64,000 nt of DNA from Chrysomallon squamiferum (GCA_012295275.1 CM022667.1:10912001-10976000), one strand, 5' to 3'; counted from the first letter of the stretch, positions 1 through 11,527 are shown. Notes: a model not told the origin generated them from the sequence alone. Program-made: numbers and translations.

Positions 1-2215
1 AACGGACTGTCGTTGATGAACAAGATGCTGTCGCCGGGATATCCTCCTAATACTGAACGTTCTCCTCCTGCCACGTCTCCTAAGAGTCCAGCAGTTTCCG
101 AGTCGGGATCTGAGCGGAGCATGATGCGAGAGGAAACCAGTCACCTGGGATACCCGGTCACTCCTGATGGAATGATGCCTTTTGGACTCGGCTACCCAAT
201 GCTTGGAGCGCTTGATCTTCGTCCAGGAGAGAAACGCATTCATACGACCTGCCATGTCTGTTTCAAGACCTTTGCTTGTAGAAGCGCACTAGAAATCCAC
301 CTAAGATCCCACACTAAAGAGAGACCTTTTCAGTGTGAGGTCTGCGACCGTTCTTTCTCCACCAGAGGAAACATGAGGCAACACATGCTGACGCACAAAA
401 TTCGAGACATCCCATCTCAGGCCCTGAACGAAAACGATAGCAAACAAGAAAGACAAAACGAAGGCGACTCTCAGGCAAAGCAGAGTTCGAGCCCCCTACC
501 GGCAAGGACAATGATTCTTTCACAAGCAGAGACGAGGACTATTCTCGCTGGAAACCGTTGGAGAGCAACTCTGGAAGAGATAACGAGTCTTTCTGCGCAC
601 GAACTGAGGGGAGTGACGCTCACTGGAAACCTGCTTCCAGCCCCGTCGGGTCATCGAACCAGAAAACTCCAGAGAACAACAACACAAGCAATGTTAACAA
701 GAATAACGAAGCCGCTGACGGTCAGGAAATGACCACCGATGAAACCTCTTCTTGCAAGGAGAATCTCGATGAATCCAAGGATATGGACTGCAGCGAGTTC
801 AGCAGGAAGCCGAAGGAATTCGCTGAGGAAATGAGACCTTTTCCTTACGATCCGCCGCTACCCAGTTACGAAGCTCGAAGCAATACCACTACAACTGCTG
901 AAGAGGACAAAAGCAACCGAAATCAATTCCATGACGTAACCAACCACAGCGTCATTTCCACCACAACAACAACAACCACCTCCTCCTCCTCCATCACCAC
1001 ACCCACCACTTCGTCTAGAAGTCCTCACAGTTCGGGAGAGACGAAACCTTTCAGCACGATGTCAGATATACGAAGCACCCACTTAAACGACGTCACCAAT
1101 CCTTCCAGTTCCAGTAACAATCCGATGAGGTCGCTGAATCGCTCCAGCAGCGACTCCGGCCACCACCACGGCGACTCGAGAAGTCAGCACCACTCCGACG
1201 GCGAAAGCAGAAGTCACCACAGCTCAGGAAGTCACCTACAACAGCATCACCAACATCGTCCTGACTCCCACGTCCGCCACCACTCAGGCAGCTCCATCAG
1301 CGGACACTCGAAGTCAGGAGGAGGAGGATCAGGAGGAGGGGAGGAGGGAAAAGCTCCGGCAACCACCAGATGGGAGACGGGTCGCCTTTCATGCGGCGGT
1401 CGGGACCGAAGCACCAGTGCATGACGTGCATGAAGACGTTCTCGAGCGCCAGCGCGCTCCAGATTCACACCCGCACCCACACCGGGGACAAGCCGTTCAA
1501 ATGCGAGGTGTGCGGCAAGGCGTTCACGACGAAAGGCAACCTGAAGGTGCACATGGGCACGCACATGTGGAACAACAGCCCCTCGCGCCGCGGACGGCGC
1601 ATGTCCATCGAGCCGCCGTTCATGATGTCGCACGTGCGCGACAACCCTTTCCTGGCGTCGATGCCGCACCGGCCCCCGGACTTCTACTTCCAGTACCCGC
1701 CCCACCACTTCATGAACGGCCTGCCGCCCAAGATGAACGAGATCTCCGTCATCCAGAGCGTGAACGGGGGCCTGGGGCAGGTCCCGCCCTCGCTGCACTA
1801 CGTCGGCTTCGGCATGAAGGACGAACTGAGGGAGGTGAGCGCGATGAACAGCAGCGAGACGAGGGAGAAGGAAGGAGCGAACCCGAGCCACGCCAGAGGA
1901 GACAAGGAGAACATCCACAACGGCTCCGTGAGTCCTGCTGAAGCCAAGCTGGTGACGGTGACGTCGTCGGGAGAACTGGATCTCAGCCTGCGGCCGTCGT
2001 CGTCGGCGTCGTCGGCGAATTCGGCGTCGTCGTTGTCGTCCCCTTCCAGCAAAGACAGTCCGCCCGACTCGCTGCACGCGACGTCGTCGTGGTTGTGGAA
2101 GTCGGGCAGTTGTCACTTCTGTAGCCAGACGTTCCCTTCGGCGATGGCGCTGGAGCAGCACATTCAAACACATCACATGAGCACCGGAGATTCTCAAAAA
2201 GCATTAGTAGCATAG
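1..2215 (+). CDS. sall: Spalt-like (Sall) C2H2 zinc-finger transcription factor, 3' portion; 5'-partial and interrupted by two apparent -1 frameshifts (~738 aa in window if repaired)
   Basis: Frame 1 encodes [55 protein letters not shown] (Sall ZFC3). Frame 2 encodes [63 protein letters not shown] (ZFC4 with SAL box FTTKGNLK) and KMNEISVIQ. Frame 3 is open 441-1424 and bridges the two. Frame 1 is open from base 1. Stop TAG at 2213-2215. Confidence 0.95.
250..396 (+). other. Double C2H2 zinc finger, Sall cluster ZFC3
   Basis: Two CxxC...HxxxH fingers joined by a TKERPF linker, followed by the Sall-typical RDIPSQ tail. Confidence 0.93.
1418..1564 (+). other. Double C2H2 zinc finger, Sall cluster ZFC4 with SAL box
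   Basis: [33 protein letters not shown], followed by [12 protein letters not shown]. Confidence 0.95.
2111..2176 (+). other. Single C-terminal C2H2 zinc finger
   Basis: [22 protein letters not shown] fits C-x2-C-x3-F-x5-L-x2-H-x3-H. Confidence 0.85.
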
Positions 2216-3033
2216 AAACAACAACAACAACAACAAAAAAAAGTATATTAAATAATGTTTTCGTAGTTATAGTAACATTCCAAAATGTTTTCGTGCATGT
2301 TTTTTCAGAAAATGAAATATACTTAAAAAACCCCAACAACAACAACAACATCAACAAAAAAAAAGAAATGGTTCTTGAACTGGATATTTCAACATTTGGA
2401 ATGTATTTTTTTTTTTTTTTTTATTATTATTATTATTTTTTTTTTTCTCTTTGCTTGGACCGTTGGAAGAAAGATTTTTCTTTCTATTTTTTTTTTCATG
2501 GTTATTTAGCTTGTTGGCCATGACAACAATAAAAACAAAAACAAGTGTAGCTCTAAAATAATTAATTTTTGTTTTCTTCGCCAAAGTTGGAGAGAGAAAA
2601 AAAACAAAAACAACAACAACAAAATTAAAAACAACCAAACCAACAGATATATATTTTCAGTGTTTAATGGAATTAATTATCTTTCTTTCGTGACTCTCCA
2701 CTAAAAGAAGACAAATAAATGTACAACTCATTGATGTGGGATGTCTGCTTTGACGATGACAATCACCCGGGAGTGACGTCAGTGCTAAACGTTTAGGGAA
2801 AGTACTGTTCTGTGTGTGTGTATTTTTAGACTTGTGATAGTGTTTGAGTGATATCTTCTGCTTTGTCGTATTAGATGTTAAACAGCATATCATTGGTGGA
2901 TTTAGCTTGTTGCCATGACAACGTGGTGAGTTTTATCAAATGTTTTTTTTTTTTTTTTTTTTTTTTTTTTTCCACTCGAATTTGTCTAGAAACGGTAGGA
3001 ACCGTTTGCATCAATTTTTTTTTTTTTTTTTTT

Positions 3034-3079
<46 letters not shown>

Positions 3080-3287
3080 ATATATATCAAATAAGGTTGT
3101 GACCTAATTAAAAAAAAAAAAAAAAACAATATGAATTTGAACTTCGACCTTGGTTGAAATGAACAAAAACATAAAATGAACCCATGGGAACATTTGTTGC
3201 ATATCATTTCTATCTATTCTTTTTTTCTTTTTTCTTTTTTCTTTTTTATGCATACCTCTTGTACTTACAGTTCACGTTATATATTTG

Positions 3288-3344
<57 letters not shown>

Positions 3345-5425
3345 GATTGTAGATTAGCTCTTCGTATGTGAACATTTTATAAATGAAAAGCAAATTGTAA
3401 TAACATGTACCTTTGAATTTTTGCATGCATATAGTTTATTATAATAATAATAATAATAATTGCGTTAGAAAGGTTAACTTTGCTGATACAGTTAGTGTGT
3501 CCATATTAATGAATTTTTTTTTTTTATATATATATATATATATACTTACATTGATGTATGTCTTATGAATATACTATAAATATGTATCTAAAGTTAGTCC
3601 CATATGTGTGACTGTTTTTATTTTAATAACGTTTTTAATTGTTTTTAACTATGTCATAGATTTGTTTTTTCTTATACTTTTTTTTTTTTTTTTTTTTTTT
3701 TTTTGTGAGTGAATGTTGAAAATTGTTATAGCAATGTTTTTGATCTGTAATTGTTTGTGGGGTTTGGGATCAAAAACCCCTGAGAATGTTTTTTTTTTTT
3801 TTTTTTTTAAATTTAGCATGTGCTAATGAACCACATAATGTGTCGCGATAGATGATTTTAAAATGACGTCATTCACCTATCATTCTTTTTTCATCTTTTT
3901 ATAATTATAATTTTGTTCTTCTTCTTTTTTTTTTTTTTATGTAGCAAATATCAATTAAAAATTTGTTTTTTAAATTTACTTTTTACTTCTGCCTTTTCTT
4001 ACTTTTAGTTTTTAAAAGTTTAGTTTTTATTTATTTTACATTTTGCTAAAATAATACACATATATCATTTTTTTTATTTTTTTAAAAATAAATCTACGAT
4101 TCTAGTCGTTAATATATATTTGTTTTCTTTTTGTTTTGTTCAAATAAGAAAGAAAAAGAACCAAAATTAGTCAATCTGTCTGTATGTATGTTTTTGTTTT
4201 GTTTTTTTTTTTTTTTTTTTTTTTCATTTTTTTTTCATATGAAAATGATATTTCATCCTAATAAGTGTTTCATTAATTCTACCTCCGCTGATCTACTTAA
4301 CAAACATTTATTAATCATTAATTTTATTATTTATGCAAATTAATTGTTCTGGCTTTTTAAAAAAAATAAAAAAAAAAAAAAAAAAAAATTACAAAAATAA
4401 AATACAATAATAATATGTAATAATAATAATTAACTTAATATATCTTTGTAATATAAATAAATAATAAATTTATATATAATATATATGTGTATAATTAGCA
4501 TATATATATCTTGATTCTACTTTCAAATATATACATTATTCCAATGTTCCTAATAAAGTACGCTGTTGTTCATTAATAGGCTGCTGCATACAGATAAAAT
4601 GCATTTTGTAAAATTAGCTAAAATCGACATTTTCGTTCTGTTCCGAAGCCTTCGCTTGAAGGAAAAACAGTTCGTATATTTGAAAGCCTGGGGCACGGTG
4701 TTCGAATCTGGGTGCACGTCAAAAGATTAACTTTAAATACTGATTATTTTAAACATATCTTATTTCTATTTAATGTTTTTTAAACTAAACAGTATTTCTT
4801 TTTCATGTCAGAGAAAAGTCAAATTTACACAAACAAATCAAAACGTTTAAATATGGCAGGAGGTTTGTGTTTTCCCATCTCTTTCGTTTTTTTATTCATT
4901 TTCCTTCACAGTTCTACAGTTCTACAGTTCCTCAATTTAAATCTTTTAAAATTATTATTTAAATTCTGATACAGGAGTAAGAACTAGAAGGGGGTAATCC
5001 TATCCTTAATCCTGTTTCTGTAAAATTAATTTTACCCATAGACATTTTTTTTTTTTTTTTTAATTTTTAATTTTTATATTTTGATCTTTGGACTTTTTAT
5101 ATTTTGATCAGCAGATATTTTATCATTCTATTTAGCTATATATTTTTTTTTTTTTTTTTTTTTGTTTGTTATATACCGACCCAGAAAAAGTTAATTTACC
5201 GCCCTTGAAATCAATTACAGTTTTCTAGTCAAACCTTTAATAAATGGCTTTTATATCAACCTGCACTGTGTTTCAAGATTTATGCTACTTAACATGAAAT
5301 CCGTTAGAAAGGGAGACGCCCAAAAATAGCTTTACCGTATTTTATCACGTAGAGGACTTTAATTCAGCATTACCGTATTTTCCCTTGCAAAAGGCGACAG
5401 TTTCCTTTATCTATTATCTATTATC

Positions 5426-5486
<61 letters not shown>

Positions 5487-5803
5487 TTTGAATATTTATT
5501 GTAAAATATCATTACCGTATCTTTCCTTGTAAAAGACGGGGGATGAGATTATGACATGAAAAATAATAAATTAACGAGATTTTAATTAAGAACAAGAATG
5601 GGTTGATAATTTTCAATTTTAATCTATGCTAGTCATTTGTAATTGTATTAAGGATATTAAATTCATTTCATTACATGCATTCGCAGAGAGCATCAATTTT
5701 ATTAGTTTAAAACGATTTTTGAAACTTTTTTGGTTTCCTAATTTTAGCTGCTTTCCGTTTCATTTTTGTTCAGATTATTATTATTATTATTATTGTTCAG
5801 ATA

Positions 5804-5844
<41 letters not shown>

Positions 5845-6231
5845 CTGGTCTTAATAGTTTGTGAAATCGGCAAAATAAAATTTTCACAAATTTAAATCAG
5901 TTTTACATCACGACTTACAAAGCCTGTCGTTCATTTTGTTTTTGTTCGTTTTGGGTTCTTTTCTACTTTTACTTTCGTTTTCAACTTTTTTTTTGTTTGT
6001 TTGATGTACTTAATTCACGAATGATTGTTTTTATTATCATTTTTGTTCGAATAATTATGCAAAATTATTACCAAAGATTCATTTTGTTACCGATTTTCTT
6101 ACATAGTTTTAAATTCCATTACTATTTTGTGTTACCAAATTAAGCTTCTTACCTTTTTACGCAAATATTTTATTACAATGATGTCCTTTCAGTTTTTATA
6201 ACACCAGTAATGAACATTTCTATTCACAATA

Positions 6232-6289
<58 letters not shown>

Positions 6290-6740
6290 GAAAAATGATT
6301 GGAATTCATTGAATGGTTTAATTCATAAATTTTTGATGTGTTCACGAATTTGTTAGATGTACTCTTTTTTTTACATTTACATAAATAAAACTAATTCCAA
6401 ATGAAGCACTACCTTTAATTTTAAATTTGTATGCAAGATTCTTTTTCTATTTTTTCTTATTTTTTTCCCCTTTGTAAAACTGAAAGGATATCATTAAAAC
6501 ACAAAATGGTGTAGTAGCCAATGTACATTTTGTTTATGACATGAATATGCATTTGTTTTATTTTTAAGAAAAAGATATGGTGCTACCACAAAAGTTCAAT
6601 CATTATTATAGGTATATCAGATATATATGACGTCACTGTACCGTAAAACTTACGAAAAAAAAAAAAAAAAAAAAAAAAAATGCTGTTTTATATATGATTG
6701 GTTCTGAATACAGAAAGTTATTAAAATACCATTGCCATCA
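2216..6740 (+). other. Probable long 3' UTR of the spalt gene (end position inferred)
   Basis: U-rich sequence after the stop, with TGTA elements and miRNA seed matches, ending at an ATTAAA + CA + GT/T-rich arrangement. Earlier AATAAA hexamers exist, so the end is uncertain. Confidence 0.45.
5331..5540. mobile_element. Possible decayed Tc1-mariner/pogo-type terminal repeats
   Basis: Three TTACCGTAT starts (~5332, ~5370, ~5512). Two extend as TACCGTATTTTCCCTTGCAAAAGGCG and TACCGTATCTTTCCTTGTAAAAGACG. Confidence 0.25.
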
Positions 6741-6765
6741 AGTTTTGTTTTCGTTTCAGTGATTT
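6720..6765 (+). terminator. Candidate polyadenylation site
   Basis: ATTAAA at 6720-6725, CA dinucleotides at 6736-6740, downstream GTTTTGTTTTCGTTTCAGTG element, upstream TGTA motifs. Confidence 0.4.
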
Positions 6766-8439
6766 CTTTTATTTTTATTATTTTTTAGAATTTTTTTTAA
6801 ATGAAGTTTTAAAATAGGTTATTTTCATTTTATTATTATTATTATTTTGTAACAGAAAATCTAAATAAGAGCGAAATCAAAAAAAAAAAAAAAAAATTTA
6901 AAAATAAAAAAATATTGGTTTTTAAGTTTTAATTTCTTTTAATTTTAATTTTTTTTAAATTTAAATTGAATGAACAAGATCAGATGTACTTGTCTTCCAC
7001 ATTTAGAGTTTTTATTTCATTTTCTTTTTTCTCTTTTTTTTTATATGCTCAAATGCTAATTTCTTAATCTAGTAAATGTAATTTTAATAAAAGAAAATAA
7101 ATAATTTGATACTGTATAAATCTGTCAAATAGCTTGAAAATCATGCATATTTATAAACTGGTTTCGTATTTTTTTTTCTTCTAGTAATGAAATACTGTGA
7201 TATCAAAATATCATTACGAAGATCATTCGGTCATTTCCGTCATTCCGAAAATAGCCGAAGTATCTTCCGAACTGGTGATAACCAAGAAATCCGTACTTAA
7301 ATGCAAAACCTCTAGGAAATGGCTTTTGTTTCAAGTTTAATATTATCATATTAATATAGCAGCTAGTCCCTTGACATTCATTATCACATTATATGCATCG
7401 TAGGTAAGCCACACCTACATTAGTCATGAATATTAATTATTCTCATTTGCATCGTTTTCATACGTTACATTGGTTGAAAAGTCGGTTCTTATAAATTCAT
7501 CACTTTTGAAGTGACATAAAAATACGGATTTGTTTTGGGATGGAATTAGGTTATTAAGTTTTATTTTTTGCTCTTGTTATTCTGAACCAGCCACGGTCAA
7601 AAAATGACATAGCTAAAAGAAGAGATAACGGAAATTAAATTAAAAACACTACGCAATGCCCAGATGCTATGTACCTTTTTTTTTTTTTTTTTTTGTAAAA
7701 CGTGTCATATTACAGTTACATACATATATATATATATATATATATTATTTAAGTACTTATCGTTTATCACGTTTGCCATTTTTAACGGTTATTTTGCCGT
7801 TCAAACTTTTGAAATCCATAAAAAAAAAAAAAAAAAAAATACCACTGCTTGTTTTGCTGCATCATTTTCAGTTCGCCTTCTTGTTCGGTAGTTTCCGATA
7901 TTTGTCGGAAACGGCGAATGATGCAGAATACTTTATAAAGAAAGGAGCTTTTCTATGCCACAAAACTTTTATCTGATTTAAAGTCTCTTTTTTTTTTTTT
8001 ATCTAGATTACTTTAAAACTGTATCCTATAATGCCAAAATAATGTTATAAAAAATAACAACGAATCGGATATTTTCGTTCAGTCTCGTAAAGATTTGAGA
8101 AAAATCGTAAATCAGTGACATACCAAGTAAGTTAAAAGAGGACTGAAATTTGATCGTTAATAATCATTATCATCATGATCATTGTTATCACTTACGTCAT
8201 TATCATGATCGATTTCTTTACCTTATTAATAATCATAAATTTTAAAACAAACATCATATGTAAAAACTGAATATTAATGAGCGTTTCTGTTCATTAACAA
8301 GGCATGTATGTGAATTATATTTGTTGTAAATAACTTAGTGTTGTAATATACAAAAATTATGAAGAAAAAAATTTAAACAAATGATTGAGTTTTTGTTATG
8401 ATTAATAGTTTTGTTTAGAAATTTTTATTATTATTATTA

Positions 8440-8495
<56 letters not shown>

Positions 8496-10612
8496 ATTAT
8501 TATTATTATCATTATTATTATTATTATTCCACATGGTTGCATCACTAAATATTTTTATTTATCTACCTTACTTCAGTTTCAGAATATAATATCATTTCAG
8601 TTTGAAAATAAATAAATAAATAAATTAAATAAATTAAAAAATTAAAAATAAATAAATAATAATAATAATAAATAAATAAATTAATAAATAAAATTAAAAA
8701 AAAAAAAGCAAACTATAAAAACATAATAAATTAATTTAAGTACATACATATAAACCAAACTATTTCATTATTTTATTAATTCATATTAATTCACAGTACG
8801 TTTAAGTTACTATACAATTCATATTTTGTAAACGTGCACCAACACATCTGTCTGATCGAGAGAAAATTACACATTTTTACAGTCGACTTTATTAAACGAA
8901 TTGCAGCTGTTTTGTTTTAGAACACATTTACAAGAACATAATAAAATATTCCTTTCACCCCCCCCCCCCGATGTTTCATTTTGCATTTCTGCAGAACAAA
9001 TCAAAATTTACATTTCATTGACCTTTACATTTACAATTTTATTAGTTTGTCAACGATTTATCAAACTTGGTAGAACACATTAAAATTATCTTTTGTCAAT
9101 CTCGATTTACGTTTGCTTAACTTAAAAGTGTTAACATTTTCAATAATATTTACGTTTTTAATGGACCTTTTTATTTACATATGGCAATAAAAGTATATTT
9201 TCTGAATTATAATTAACAAAAACCCCAACATAATTAACTAAATATTATTTTTGTCATCCTCTCTGTTTCGTTAAACTAGATCAAAACAAAATTTATATTC
9301 TTTCGTTTTTCAACTTTTTCTTTCATCCTTAAAAGAAATGAAAGATGATTATACAGTTTCTCAAAGCTGCAGTCATACATAACGTTTTGATTAAGTTTTT
9401 TAAATCAGTGATGTTAATTAATTCTTTGTTGCGTCTAGTCAATATGTTTATTTAAGAAATAATTTTTTCGATATGCCAACCTATAATTTACTGTGGTTTT
9501 TTTTATTCGCCGAAACTTGGAATCTTTCATTTACCGAGTAATAAAAAAGAATATTTGCCGAATTAAAAGCTTTAAGAAAGAACAACAACGAGAAAAAAGC
9601 AAGAAAAAAAAAAAAAGTTTAAGAAAACAAATTAATTTTCACCCTGTTTAAATATAGTCTACTGAATTATTACACAGCCATTTTTAAAATAAATATTTCA
9701 TTATTTCTTTATTTATCTTTCTTTCTTTCTTTCTTTATTTCTTTATTTCTTTTTGTACTTTTACTATTCTTTATTTTTAAAATTTAAATTTGGAATATAG
9801 GTACACGATTAAAATTCTTTGTTATTTGGGAGTTTTTTCAATATCTTTATTTTTTAATAAAAACGATCAAAATATTAGCATACCTTTCATCAGCCTCCAT
9901 GTTATTTTTCCAAACAGAAAAACCGATTCATACGAAGTTTGCCAATTGAAAGTGAAATCAACATTTATCAGTAATCTTGATATCTGATCATCAGTAACAA
10001 CCAGATAAGAATGTCGATAATAATTTTATTAAGAACATTTATTTTCAAACATAACTGTAAGATGAATTAATATTTATTTCTAGTCACAACAACAACAACA
10101 ATAATATTTATTGCCACATATTAACTTATGATATCTATTTTAATTTTTATATAAAAGGACTTATCAAAATAAAAAATTTATTTTACCAAACTAAACATTT
10201 GGAATTGATTATGTCACCTTCTGTATTTTATTAATTTTCTAAATTCAGACATACATAGTCATACTTAAATTAAAAGTTTCATTTAACCAAATAAAATTAT
10301 AGTATACGTTTGTCACACAAAATATGATATGAAATGTTTGACTGATCAAACTGTTAGTCTTACTTTCATAAACCTTGTGAAGATATTCTGTTTTTTAAAA
10401 GTGGAAGTTTATGTTTAGCTGAATCAGATTTGTAATATTCGTTTGGTCAAATATGATATATTCATTCTGTTCATCTCTTTACTACATTTACCTTATTAGA
10501 ATTAGAATTTACATTTAATCAAATTAAAACATTGATGTGCGTTTTTCCAGATCAGAATTTTTCGTTTTCGTTCATTCAATTTTCCAGACTTTATTCGATT
10601 TTTTTCCGATAA

Positions 10613-10680
<68 letters not shown>

Positions 10681-11109
10681 CCTATTAATGCATTTGTCAC
10701 AACACAGATGGTGTTTGTTTTGACAGAAATACGTTTCTCTTTTTCTTTCTTTTTTTTTTTTTTTTTTTTAATTTTGTTTTTTAAACTTTTATCATTCGTA
10801 TTATCTTAAACTCACTTTGCCACATTATAATTTAGTTTGTTGGGTGTTTTCAGCAGTTACAATTCAAATGTTCGTTTTGTCAACATACTTGCGAGATCAA
10901 AATGTAGTTTGTTGGGTTTTGTCTTTCTATTGTGTCAGTAGTGTTTTTCTGAGGGAAAATGCAAAGTAGAATAGCTTTATATTTTGTAATATGAAAAATG
11001 AAATACAACAAAGAATAAAAATATTATAATTTGGTCAATACTCGACAGGACTTTGTGTTTTATTTATTTATTTATTTATTTGTTTATTTGTTTATTTATT
11101 TATTTTTTT

Positions 11110-11168
<59 letters not shown>

Positions 11169-11496
11169 TTTGTTTTTCTTATAAATTTCATTACGTTTTG
11201 CTATACTAATTTATTTTTACTATACTTTCAACAAGTTTTGCTTTTAAACATATTTCCTGAATACTATTAATTAAGAATTGAGATTTCCTGGATCTGTTAC
11301 CGTTACCATGGAGATAAAAGAACCAGTTAGAAGCTAATCATAGTTAATTGATAAATCCCAGTATCAACAATTCCACTGTCTTAATATTCAACAATAACGA
11401 CATCAAAATAAACAAAATTCAGTGATAGTTTTGCAAATAAATAAATAAATACAGAAAGAAAAAAATTATTGATAATAATAATAATAATAATAATAA

Positions 11497-11527
<31 letters not shown>

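Noticed and set aside
441-1424. Introns as the explanation for the frame changes
   Set aside because: The intervening sequence is an open, codon-like frame of ~1 kb without the AT-rich microsatellite character of non-coding DNA here, and I saw no convincing donor / polypyrimidine-acceptor pair at the junctions. Not formally excluded without RNA-seq.
1247-2197. 316-aa antisense ORF and the 174-aa alternative-frame ORF at 1417-1941
   Set aside because: Shadows of the very GC3-rich spalt coding segment, which lacks stops in other frames. The Arg/His/Ala-rich translations have no recognisable domain.
13-2215. Three separate genes, or a pseudogene
   Set aside because: The three ORFs are collinear parts of one Sall protein. 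The zinc fingers and motifs are intact, with no in-frame stops after two one-base repairs.
4971-5015. Short inverted repeat ACAGGAGTAAG / CTTAATCCTGT in the UTR
   Set aside because: Only 10 of 11 bp pair and the interior pairs poorly; expected by chance
6655-6680. Poly(A) runs as retroposon tails
   Set aside because: A/T homopolymers of 15-40 nt occur throughout on both strands, without shared upstream bodies or target-site duplications
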